From Gnetum montanum (taxonomy: Eukaryota; Plantae; Gnetophyta): DNA of 64,000 nucleotides. The DNA lies in the NCBI GenBank assembly GCA_015680685.1, contig MNCI01000286.1:10516-74515 (forward strand), written 5' to 3'. This document shows, one piece after another, positions 1-11,750 of the stretch (positions within the stretch are counted from its first letter, which is position 1; each line of letters opens with the position of its first letter). The notes under the pieces are model-generated. The model saw only the letters and a list, made by a program, of their open reading frames with translations, made no database searches and was not told where the DNA came from. Both the position numbers and the translations under genes were made by a program.

Positions 1-973
1 GGTTCCCGTATGGGCCTGTCAAAATTAAGGGTGCTGAAACTTTGGCATCCATTCTCCGTTTGTCCTGCAAAATCGGCGAGTGCGTAAATGGTTAGGAGCT
101 AGGTGATGTGATGTCGTCGAACGTGGAAGGCTAACTGAATTTTGAATATTATAGACAATTTTTAATCAATGTAACCCGATTACGAGGCGATAAGATGTGG
201 TAGTTTAACGTCATTTCGGACAGTGGCGCGTGCAATATCGGCCGCATTAATATCTAGATTTGCNNNNNNNNNNNNNNNNNNNNNNNNNNNNNNNNNNNNN
301 NNNNNNNNNNNNNNNNNNNNNNNNNNNNNNNNNNNNNNNNNNNNNNNNNNNNNNNNNNNNNNNNNNNNNNNNNNNNNNNNNNNNNNNNNNNNNNNNNNNN
401 NNNNNNNNNNNNNNNNNNNNNNNNNNNNNNNNNNNNNNNNNNNNNNNNNNNNNNNNNNNNNNNNNNNNNNNNNNNNNNNNNNNNNNNNNNNNNNNNNNNN
501 NNNNNNNNNNNNNNNNNNNNNNNNNNNNNNNNNNNNNNNNNNNNNNNNNNNNNNNNNNNNNNNNNNNNNNNNNNNNNNNNNNNNNNNNNNNNNNNNNNNN
601 NNNNNNNNNNNNNNNNNNNNNNNNNNNNNNNNNNNNNNNNNNNNNNNNNNNNNNNNNNNNNNNNNNNNNNNNNNNNNNNNNNNNNNNNNNNNNNNNNNNN
701 NNNNNNNNNNNNNNNNNNNNNNNNNNNNNNNNNNNNNNNNNNNNNNNNNNNNNNNNNNNNNNNNNNNNNNNNNNNNNNNNNNNNNNNNNNNNNNNNNNNN
801 NNNNNNNNNNNNNNNNNNNNNNNNNNNNNNNNNNNNNNNNNNNNNNNNNNNNNNNNNNNNNNNNNNNNNNNNNNNNNNNNNNNNNNNNNNNNNNNNNNNN
901 NNNNNNNNNNNNNNNNNNNNNNNNNNNNNNNNNNNNNNNNNNNNNNNNNNNNNNNNNNNNNNNNNNGTCGCAG

Positions 974-3900
974 GGGATTCTGGCTTACCTGATAGACGGA
1001 GCCATCGAGATGGGTTATCCCGAGGACCAAGTGCTCAACGCCCGCGATCTGCGGAGCTTACACTGGATCTGGGGCATGGCCCATTTCAACTGTTATCATG
1101 CATATAACACGCTATTCGTGGCTCGTCATGTGTCGACGTACTTCCAGAACCCACAAGGCACGGTGTACTACACGGGCGGGTAAGCAGATTTTGTTAGTGT
1201 CTCCTTTTCTGGCTTTTGTCTGCGTGTAATGTAGGAGGAGTCTATGTGCAAAATGTAAAATAAGCTTACGCTGTATGGTACAGGTTTTTCATACATGACA
1301 ACCAGTTACTTGGCGATGGCGATACGTTGGCCTAGGCCGAAACGGCAATATCGGCGTTTACCGCAACCAACAACGTGCGTGCCGATGTTATCGGGCAAAT
1401 TGGCCATGAGATGCGTGAGTATCACACGCGTTACGAGCACCCTTTTAACACTTGTCAGGAACTCGGATGGCTACATGAGGACTGGACCCTGGATCCGCCT
1501 CTCACAGTCGAGGATGTGGAGAGAGAACTCCCGCCATTTCCATTGCCGTTTGGCCCCGGTAAGGCCTCTGCGTATTCTAATGTTGTGCGTGTAGTTATGA
1601 GTCATGGACGTTATACAATGGTGTTTTTTTTTTTGACTTGCGTTTCATGTCTTTCAGTTACGGAATGTCGGGAGATTACCCTTACAATTTTCGGCCGCGA
1701 GGCGAGGGATGTTCTCTTTCGCTAAGGGGATATTAAGGAGGCACAGCGTTGGCTCAGCCATTCGGCGGCCCCAGTCGCGGTGACCAGCAAGATCCAGGCT
1801 GCAGGGCTAATGCACCTATTTTTGGTCGCGACCCCTGATGTCCCTGCCAGCGAAATGATAGGCCTGGTCAACTCCTTCAGCAAGAAGGCGGATCTTTTCA
1901 GCACGCGCGTGCATAATGTGCGCGTAAATTTTGACATTGACGCTCAACTCTTCTCGGACTTGTTTGGCGTCCCCTCGAGTGGCCTTCCCGTGAAAGTGAA
2001 GACCAAGAGGAGCGCCAAGATGGAGGAGTTTCTGCAGGAGTGGGCGAGGCTCCCTAAGGAGACCAAGGGGTTTCCTTGCGATAAATTCGAGATGGGGGCC
2101 GCCAAGACACTTTACCCCCTTTTTCGAGCCCGGACCTTCCCCAAGACCCTCTCGCAGGCGAAGTTCTTTTCAGTAGAACAGACCCGTATCATGCGAGAGG
2201 TCCTGGAGGAGGGAGCCCGGTTTGATTGGGCAAGCCATCTTGCCAAGGGGCTGCGTAGTGAAATGGTCAAGCTTCGGGAGAAGCTTGAGTCCCGTTTCAA
2301 TGTGCATCATGCCTTTTTCATAGCTTGCCTCCGGCGGTTTGCTGAGTTTCTGATCATTCAGAGGAATGGGGTCTGGGTACAGCAAGACCGAGACCAGCTT
2401 GCCAGACCCTGGATTGCCCGCATTTTCAGCACTACCCGTGGGCAGGACCCACCAGAAGGGATTGGGGAGTCGTTGTCTGTAACGACTAAAGGCTTGACGG
2501 CACCCCGTGTGCGAGGTCTCGACAGCGTAGGCGGGATAATGCCTACCTACACCGGCGACGCCTCGCGAGGAAAACGTCTGGCAGAGGAAATTGTGGAACC
2601 GACAGCTTGGCGGAAGAGGCTCCGCCTGGCTGAGGCCCCTGGGGGCGATGCATGCCACACTGTTGGGCTCACTGTGCAGCGGACTAAACCTCCACCTGGT
2701 AAGTGTGAAAGGTTGTATATGCAATGTTTTGCTTAGCTGATCTGGAATTATATGCTAACGTATGGTGCTGTGAGTAGCAAAAATGTCAGGGCAATTGACC
2801 CCTGAGATAGGAGCGATGGTACTGAGCCGTGGGGAGGGGGCCTCAATTTTGGAAGAAGAGGCTTCAGGTGTTAATAGGAGCGGCGTGGAGGTTCCAGTGC
2901 GTGAGGCGACCCCAGCCGTTAGCAGAAGCCGCGTACAAACTGGGGTGCGTGAGGAGGCCCCAGCTACTGGGACCAGTGACGCACAGACTCCAGTGCGTGA
3001 AAGGGAAACAGATAGGGAAGATGATGAAATCGCCACTGTCGCCAGAAGAGGTAATGAGTGCGTTAGTGTGTTTGAAAAAATATGTTAATGCAGAGAATGT
3101 CTAACCGAGTTGCGCTACAGGGGAAGAAGATGTCTCAACGTCTGCTGCTGTCAGCAAAATGTGGAAAGACTTCCTCGATAAATTTGCCTTCATGGAAGGC
3201 GTCGTCAGCGACATGATCGAGCATCTGGAACGCATTGAACTCGGCGCTGGTAAGTTCACGAAGTTACAGCATAATGTCTTGATAATGTGTCATCCGTATT
3301 GATGCTTGTTTTCTGTCAGGAGCTCACCTCTGATGGGATCCCGCGGAGCCCATTGATCTGGGCACAGCGGAGCCCCCACCTGATGGGGCAGTCATGCCAC
3401 GCCACATTTATGAGGAAATGCATAAATGTGCGTTACGCTCCACATGCTCCGCATGGGAAAATAGAAACGTGAATGAAAACCTATGGAAGAAGCTGCAGCG
3501 GTCGGAGGGGAGGGTTGAATCCTTGACCAAGGAGGTCAAGGATTTGAGGGCGCGGTACGAGTTCCTAGAGGCGCGTATGATGGGGGATGAAGACTGGCGT
3601 ACCGTTGTTATTGATTACTCCCGTTATTGGACAGCGATCAAGAACAACGTACAGACCAACCGGGCGTTAATAGAGCAGAGGATGCAAATCGAACTGCTAG
3701 CTCAGAAAAGTCGGGACTGGAGGGACTACTACGCCAGCGTACAGGAATGGGGGCAAACGGAGAAAGACCACAAGCATGTATATAAAAGGCAAAGCACTGC
3801 TTATAGACAGCGTTACCGTGAGTCTGCCGTTAGAGCTCGATCCCTGGAGGTTTTTGTGGACACCATCGGAGCGTCCGAAGCGTTCAAGAAGTTCGAAGAG

Positions 3901-4467
3901 CAGGTGACCGTAACTGCGTCCCCAGAGAGAGCGATGGTTTTCCCTGGGAATCAGGCTTCGATCCCTACTTTCTTCCCAGATCCACCCTCCTGGAGTAGCG
4001 TGGAGAAAGGGAAGGTGAAAGCTGGGGCGGCTTCGGGCGAAGATGTGTGGCTAGACCTGACAAAGGACGAGAACATGCAGCGTTTGTGGGCTGGTTTGGA
4101 CAAGCTTCCCTTTGCTGCGGAAGCCGGGCCATCGCGAGTAAGTTTACCCATGGCTTAGTCGGAAAATTTTCTCTGACTAGCATCATTTATTCTAACTTTG
4201 GTGTTTGTTTGATTTCTGGTACCAGAAGAAGGTAGAGAGAGTACGCTAGCTGAAGGGCTGGGAGAGGAAGCAGTGGAAGCAGAGGTGGAACGAGACGATG
4301 GAGAGCGTCTTCCTGTGGAGCCAATGCCAGAACGAGAGCCTCGTGAAGAGACAATCCTTCATGGAGGGATAATTCCCAGAAATGATGGCCCATTGGAGGA
4401 CGACCTTTTAGGGCTGGATTCAGAGTTGAGAGATACAGGCGATAGTGGCAGTAGGGGGAATGTGTAA
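974..4467 (+). pseudogene. Intron-containing antisense gene inside the Tat element; exons 974-1179, 1284-1558, 1658-2698, 2778-3050, 3121-3249, 3320-4137, probably 4226-4467; three premature stops
   Basis: GT-AG introns 1180-1283, 1559-1657, 2699-2777, 3051-3120 and 3250-3319 all join in matching phase (2,1,1,1,1), giving 914 codons through 4137. In-frame stops TAG 1333, TAA 1723 and TGA 3331 are each one C>T from a sense codon. The phase of the last intron (4138-4225) does not match the 4273-4467 ORF. The 5' end is hidden in the gap. Confidence 0.75.
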
Positions 4468-4623
4468 TACGCAAAATTTTGTTAATGTTGACTAGAAAGG
4501 CTTGTTATAAAACTTGGCGGATGTATTGAATTCCAATTACATATATATTGTTTTTTTTTATTTTTTGATGGAATACAAGTGCAACTGTTGAAAAGTTCGT
4601 TTAGATAATAATGATTTAATTCT

Positions 4624-5040
4624 TAGTTTAAGGCCGTTGCGGGCCTGATGCGTAAAGTAAAATAAGCATGAATGGTGATTGTAGATAACTTCGGATGGCT
4701 AGTTTAGGGCCGTTGCGGGCTGACATATGAACTTGCATAAATTAGCTAGTTTAAGGCCACTGCGGGCCAGCGTATGAATTTGCATAAATAAGCTACTAGT
4801 TTAAGGCCATTGCGGGCCAGCGTATGAATTTGCGTAAATAAGCTACTAGTTTAAGGCCATTGCGGGCCAGCGTATGAATTTGCGTAAATAAGCTACTAGT
4901 TTAAGGCCATTGCGGGCCAGCGTATGAATTTGCGTAAATAAGCTACTAATTTAAGGCCATTGCGGGCCAGTGTATGAATTTGCGTAAATAAGCTACTAGT
5001 TTAAGGCCATTGCGGGCCAGCGTATGAATTTGTGTAAATG
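4624..5040. repeat. 50-bp tandem repeat array
   Basis: The unit TAGTTTAAGGCCATTGCGGGCCAGCGTATGAATTTGCGTAAATAAGCTAC recurs with period 50 (ttaaggcca at 4751, 4801, 4851, 4901, 4951, 5001). Two diverged units lie at ~4624 and ~4700. Confidence 0.97.
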
Positions 5041-5228
5041 TAATCCTGGATAAATGCGTAAGAGAAGGAGAGTAGCTAACGCGAGTACGATAAAGCACGC
5101 AACAGGTAAAAAGTGTAAACCCAGAAAGCAAATGTAGCGTAAAAGCATGTTGAAACAACAAAAGAAGGTGCCAAACAGGTGTGCTAACTTACACTACGCA
5201 GATAGTAGTACACGCAAAAGACCGTTGT

Positions 5229-8200
5229 TCAGCCGTCGATACGCAATTGTCTCTTAATGGACTTCATGTCGAGCGCTGCGTAAGGGCGAGGAGGCTTATG
5301 GTTTGACTCCTCTACGCTGCTATCTGGAAATGGCAGGTCGGCCCAGGCTAGACCGTCGGCATTGTCGTCGTTCTGTTTAGGGGCTTGGAGATAGGACTGA
5401 TCGTCAGTCGCTTCGATCTCCGAACCCTGTTCTTCTTCAATGTTGTTGATGGTCCTGGGGGCGACTTCGTCACCGCGTATGATAACCTCCCCTCCGGCGT
5501 AGGGCAGGTGTATCTCTTGATGTATCGGCGATGAGACTGCCCTCAGCTGGCCTAACCACGACCTCCCTAAGATTAAGTTGAAGCCGGGCATCTCCTCGAC
5601 GACTAAGAATGTGGCTTCAGTTGGGAATTGATTCCCCGCCACAAACTCGATACGCACCATCCCCTTGACTTGAACCCGTGCTCCGTTGAACGATTTCACG
5701 CAAGCTGTCGTCGTGGGAGTGATCTGGTCAACCAATCCCAACCTATCCACGATGGAATAGGGAACGACGTTAGCAGCTGCACCATCATCCACATGTACCC
5801 TCCGGATCCGGTACTGGCTGACCCGAATGGTGATGAACATGGGCTCCGTCGTTACTTGACCTTTCTCTGAATCATCTTTGACAGACTCATTCGGGAAGGT
5901 CAACGAGGTAGGCTTGGGCTGCTCAGCTTTGGAAGGAAACATGATAGCGTGAATCGCTTCCTCTTCCGCTGGCAGGCTGGCATCCACTGATATGGACGTC
6001 AACATGTGTACCATAGCCTCACGGTGTTCTCGAGAAGTCATCAGTAGGTCGTACAGGCTCAACGTTGTATTCTTTTGTTTCAGAGCTTGTTTGACCTGCG
6101 TGAACGCATCGAGGAGGTCCTTCTCTCGGCAGGGTTGTTTATCCCCCTTGTCCTCCTTCATTCGGCCCAAAAGACGGATCTCTCGAGGCAGAGCGGTGTC
6201 AGTGGTAGGGTTGTTCTTTTTTCTGCCAAGAGAAGGTGGCTGCGTTTCTGTCCCCTTAGCTTGCTTTTGGGGCATAGACATAGGGACAGAGGCCAGGGGC
6301 CTGGGCTTAGGGAAGCCGAGCGTAGGGTGATTTTTTGTTGCATTAACTGCATTCTCCTCCTTTTGCTTGGGAGGCGATGGCTGGTGGTGCTGGCTAGAGG
6401 TTTGCCCNNNNNNNNNNNNNNNNNNNNNNNNTCCTTCAACGCCCAGCAGTAATTCGTGTCATGACCACACATCTGGTGGTAGTCACAGAAACGGTCCAGC
6501 CTGAAAGATCTCGGAACTGTGGGTTCGTTAGGCAGAGCTAAAGAAGGATCCTTTAACAGTTCACAGTGACGTCTGTGGCATTTCAGGGCTTCCTTGGACA
6601 CTTTCTTAGGCTGAATGTGTCCTGCCGCTAATAGTTGTTTCAGCAGTTCAGAATGTTTCACGGGCAAAGCCGCATACTTTGAACGATCTTTACGCTCAAA
6701 ATTCGGCTTTGGCTGGGGAGCCTGTTCAGGGGCAGCTATGGCTTGGCTGGTGTCGGCACCAGCCGTGGCCTCAGGGGGCGCTGTTGTGGGCACCTTCTTG
6801 TTCTTATTTTTTGAGTTTTCTGTTAACGCCGCTACTGTCGTTGTCGCTGCCTTGCCCTTGTCTTTGGCTTTGTTGTGTGCGTTTTTGTAGGTAACATATG
6901 CCGGGTCTTTGCTGGCCTCCACAACATCCTGGATGCTTCGGACCTGTGTGAAGGCCTGATGTATATTGCCGAGGGAAAGATAATACAGCTTCGACTTAAT
7001 AAAGTCGTTGACTGCTCCCTTGAATATAGCCAATAGATGGGAGTCCGCGATCGGTTCGCGGATCTCATTCAAGGTAGCATTCCAANNNNNNNNNNNNNNN
7101 NNNNNNNNNNNNNNNNNNNNNNNNNNNNNNNNNNNNNNNNNNNNNNNNNNNNNNNNNNNNNNNNNNNNNNNNNNNNNNNNNNNNNNNNNNNNNNNNNNNN
7201 NNNNNNNNNNNNNNNNNNNNNNNNNNNNNNNNNNNNNNNNNNNNNNNNNNNNNNNNNNNNNNNNNNNNNNNNACAAATTGAGTCAGCAGCTCTTCCAAGG
7301 TTGAAATGGAAGAGCGTGGAAGGGCTCTATACCAGTCTAAAGCCTTCCCCGTTAAAGACATCGCGAAGACTCGGATCAAAGTGTGCGGCCACTGTTGTAA
7401 CAACAAAGATTCAGATCTAAAGATGGCTAGATGGGTGTTGGGATGCCCCTCTCCATTATACTTGGTAAAGTGAGGGAGAGACATCCTGGTGGCAACGACA
7501 GCACGGGGACTGCTGGATTGATCGGATCATCCTGATAGAAGTCCATGATCTGAATAGTATCAGATCCAGCGGTCTTAAGGCGTCGAACCTCCTCGGTAAG
7601 CGTCTGGATAAGCTGGAAAGCTTGATCCAAACCTGTCAACGGAGGTGTCTGTGCAGCAGGGACATGAAGTTGGACTGGGAGGATAGCCCTAGGAAACTGA
7701 AATGCTGGGGGTGGTTGGCTAACCGTTGGTGGAGCAGGAATTCCTGCCGGCTGGGGGCCCTGCGAAGACCACCATCCCCCGGCCTGAGATGAGGGGTTAA
7801 CTCCTGCCAGCTACATAGGATAACTATAAGTGTATTGAGGAAACACCTGCGAAGATTGTCCCGCAGGTGCGACCGAAGGCTATGCACCGTACACCGCAGA
7901 CGGGTGGTGTTGCGTAGCCGGGTTGATCCATTGACTTGTTGCAGGATATTGCATAAAGGTCTGCTGTGGTACGGCTGCGATATTTTGCTGAGTTGGCGGA
8001 GGCGGGAACATTTGCGCTGAGCGAGTTATTGGTACAGTATGAGCTTGCACCTGAGGGATAAAATAAGGGGCGGCGATTGCTGGGGCCACCGCCGGAATAC
8101 TAACGGCCTGTTGGGACGGACCCACCCCCGCGTTATGGTGCGGTTGTTGTGTTTGCAACCCGGACGGCTGCGCGTTGGCCTGCGAAAGGATAAGGATTTG

Positions 8201-8734
8201 CGTCTGGGCGATCATGGCTGAGTCCAGAGAGGCTGCCTCTCCATTGAAAGGGAACGATGGATTTACTTGTGTGTGGGGCGTCAGAGTATGGAACGAATGC
8301 TCCGAGAGAGCCGTGAGTTCGTCCTCTGCCTCTTCCCCATGCTAAGGCTCCACCACGGGTTGTGAAGTTTGGCCTCTGGCCATGACCAACTGTGCGATAA
8401 GCTCGTGTTGGTGCTCGGTCAAGGGGATTATGTCGTAGGCTGTCGGCTTAAAATCATAACCCCCTCAGTGGAGCACCTCAAAGTTTCGCTTTGCCTCCAG
8501 CTCGGCTCAGCTAAGAGCCAGCCTCGCCTGGATATTGACGCATATGAAATTGTATTCTTTAGGGGTTATAACTGTAAAGATGGGCTCTTTCCCCTGAAGT
8601 CTCAATGAACGGCGCAATGGTCCTTGAGGTCCCGTTGCACCAAGAGCGGGTCCTGTGACCACCGTAGGATTCACAGGCGCAACTCCCAGATCGGCAGCGA
8701 CCATGGCGGTTGTGTTTGAGTAAAAAGAATCCAT
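5229..8734 (-). pseudogene. gag-aspartic protease polyprotein of Tat-type element, disrupted
   Basis: The frame from ATG 8734 continues through at least five TGA/TAG stops (8507, 8465, 8342, 7880, 7811) to a frameshift near 7485. Motifs: gag capsid LPHFTKYNGEGHPNTHL..FAMSLTGKALDWY, knuckle FCDYHQMCGHDTNYCWALK, protease VHVDDGAAANVV..FNLILGRSWL. Terminal stop at 5229. Confidence 0.9.
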
Positions 8735-8958
8735 TGATCAATGAAGTCGAGAGTAGCTGATAATCGAATCTAAAAGCAAATGGCTAGCAACAAAACGCAC
8801 AAAAGGCTTTCTACCCTGTAGGATTTCAAAGAAATCGTCCTTGCGACCGATCTACACCCCACGATTGGCCGTAGACTTCCCTAGAGGTATTACGTCTATG
8901 GTTTAGGGTATAGATCTGTGACAGGGTTACCCGAAATATTTGGATCGGAGCCTGAAGG

Positions 8959-8975
8959 CCCTCCTTCTAGCGCCA
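8959..8975 (-). other. Primer binding site TGGCGCTAGAAGGAGGG
   Basis: Lies 6 nt after the LTR end on the minus strand and begins with TGG, the complement of tRNA CCA. I recognise it as the Tat-lineage type; the tRNA identity was not verified. Confidence 0.8.
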
Positions 8976-8981
8976 GAAAAC

Positions 8982-10332
8982 TGTAGCGACGGAAAACGTC
9001 GGCAGCTGGAAATACCGACCAAAGTTTCGGCATACACAGTTTTAGCCACGGATCCGCGTGAGGGCTATGCTGGAAAAACGAATCCGCGGCGCCCTGAACG
9101 GTCTTGTCGATCAGACAGGGACTTACGGGTCAGTAAAACAATGCAACGTGCATAAAAGAACGCGATCTGATTCGAGGTGTCATAAAACGAGGAGAAAACG
9201 ATGTAGATGGATTGGAACGATGATAATGCTAAACACGATGAAAAGAGGTTGACATAAGAGAAGCTTGTAGCTTCAAGATCTGCGCTTTGACTTAAAAATG
9301 TATATTTCGTATGAGAAATTACACTGGGGAATCCCCGATTACAGAATGTGAAACAAGCACAAACAACAAGAAAATGGTCTAAACAGAAGTCCGATCTACC
9401 TCGTGGGCTAAAGCTGAGATGCAAGGCAGGCAAAGCTTTGACGTGTACCGATCAACTGTTTCTGATTGATAGAGTCTTTTCAGCAGAACGATTACTCCTG
9501 TCACCGGTGCTCAAGGCGAACTGTACTCTGCTTCAGCTGTAAGGTGATGATGTCCACGGTTGCCAAAGCGCTGTTCTCTGTATTTCTGCTCCCAAAATGC
9601 TAAGTGCTCTGGTGCTCAGAAATATGCTCTTGCTTTTCTCTGATTTTTGCCAACCCTTGTAACTTTGTCAACTGAGGTATTTATAGGCCGCGACGCTTCA
9701 CGGGAAAGGCGCAACCCTGATGACATGGATCCCGGATGTTGCGGGTCCTGTTGGCATGACCATTTTAAGTCAGACTGTGACTATGCACGACACACTCGTT
9801 TGCGTGTTGTGCGTGTGAAAAGCAGGCATGTGCTGAGCACGCTTTAATTGCTTTCAGGCTGTATTACGCTCATTCGCGTTGTGTTGCGTGTATGAGCGTA
9901 ATCTGGTGTAAAAATAATAAGCTCAACATTGTTTTACGCTCACTACGCAACTGCGCGTAACAAAGCGCAAATAATGTGCAACTTACGCTCCCTACGCAAC
10001 TGCACGTGGTGAAGCGTAAGCAATGTATAAGTTACGCTCACTACGCAGCTGCGCGTAATGAAGCGTAAATAATGTGCAACTTGATAACATACGCAATGAT
10101 ACGCACCGCCGCGTAACGAGCGTAAAGACAAGTTAATCATGCACCACGAGAAAAAGCGTCAAACTGTTGCGCTTCTCTAGACTCTCCCTTTGACTATTTT
10201 GGAGCTTATTACGCTCATTACGCTGCCGTGCGTAATAGAGCGTAAACTTGTCCTGGAACAAAATTGATGCGCGCTCTCGCTTGAATTGCGAATCTTTGCC
10301 TGAGGCCGACTCGTAATTTTCACGGTGTTTCA
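8982..10332 (-). repeat. 5' LTR of Tat-type element (~1.35 kb)
   Basis: Imperfect inverted termini TGTAGCGACGGAAAA / TTTTCACGGTGTTTCA, adjacent to the PBS. Minus-strand TATA (CCTATAAATACC) near 9677-9688. GC content drops abruptly after 10332. Confidence 0.75.
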
Positions 10333-11750
10333 GTTACCTGTGAACAAAAATAACAAAACACAAGAATTTAAAGCACACCCTTGAGACTCAATGATGAGCT
10401 AAAAGCACTAGTTATAGGGCCAGAAAGACATGTTACCCATTCTTGAAGGCATTCCTTTAACGAAGGCCCTCTCTACTTCCTTATTTTCTTTATTCTTTTC
10501 TTAGAGTGATGATTATCCTTTAGTTATCCTAGACTTTTAATTGATGTAAGGAGGGCATATGTTAGTGCGAGGTCACTAAAAGTGAAATGGACTTGGTCTA
10601 GACTTAGAAGAGATCAGATCATCTTAATCATAAATTTTACCAAGAATTTTGTATGATTAGGACACTAATGATCTCTTCCACATTTTCTCTTTTTACCATT
10701 TCTTCATTCATGTTTTGCCACCTCACTACATCATGTCATAGAAAATTATCTAATTTACTTCTAGATCATATAATCCTTGGACACTTGTTTATAGGTATGA
10801 AATTTAACTTAACTTGATCATTCATCATTCTTGGGGTCCACGGACTCCTTCCGATGAAGGTATGCAAGGGCACATGAGGCATTTGCCTAATTTGGGAAGT
10901 ATCCATTTACATCCCTTTGGTCTAATTCTAGTTAAATTCCCTACCCAAGACCACTTGTTCAATCAATCATCCTGATAACATTCAATCATTCAGTTTTGCT
11001 CTATTTAGCATCCTAACTTCATCCAACTCCACTTAATTTTTTTTCCTATGCTCAACATACTCTCTTTTGTCTTGTTTTCACTATTCTCCATCATTATGTC
11101 TTCCATTAGGCTTTTCTTTCATTTCACAACTCATCCAAAATTCTTCCATCTCATAACATGAAAAATAGCGAAGTGTAGCTGCATTGATGTAGCCCTTTCA
11201 ATGCAGTGGGATGAGTCAACGCAACGCCATCAATGCATCCCCATTGATGCATAGAAAAAATACTATAAATATGTGTGACACTTAACTTAGTTTGCATCAT
11301 TTTTCAATAGAGCAAGAGGAGCTTTTACATTTTCAAAGCCCAAGAACCTTCCAAGCCTTCTAACTCATAAACCGCTAACTCATTTTTATCCATTTTTTTA
11401 TCCTCATGCTACCAGAGATAAGCTTTATATCATAGGGGACACAAATCTTTGGGCTTTTTTACAGAATATTTTTTAAAAATGTTATAACTACCCATGGTCA
11501 ATCCATTAAAATAATATTAAACTACTTACCATAAAGAGTTAAGCCTAACAAACAAACTTAGATAGCAAGAAAAAATAATATTAAATAATCCACTTACCCA
11601 AGATCATAAACCAACACCTAAATGAGCAAAACTTAACATCTAGAAATAAAAATAGAAGCAGATCTAATAAATAAATGTATGTAAATAGCTAAGGATTCTA
11701 AGCTAGAAATATACTCATTGGCTATGTTTGTGATCATAGACAACACTAAA

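Larger units (their letters stand above)
1..10332 (-). mobile_element. Non-autonomous Tat-type Ty3/Gypsy LTR retrotransposon (5' LTR, PBS, gag-protease, tandem array, antisense gene); 3' end lies left of the window
   Basis: The LTR at 8982-10332 has TG..CA ends. It is followed on the minus strand by PBS TGGCGCTAGAAGGAGGG, a gag ORF with a C-x2-H-x4-H-x4-C knuckle and a retropepsin. No RT/RH/INT motifs occur between the protease stop and the window start. Confidence 0.85.

Noticed and set aside
223-1107. Long ORFs spanning N runs (also 7008-7420, 18277-18867, 63175-63972)
   Set aside because: Artefacts of assembly gaps translated as X.
2170-2724. 184-aa minus-strand ORF as a pol remnant
   Set aside because: No RT/RH/INT motifs; it is the shadow of the + strand exon.
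4624-5040. CRISPR-like array
   Set aside because: The units are contiguous and near-identical with no unique spacers; the context is eukaryotic with no cas genes.
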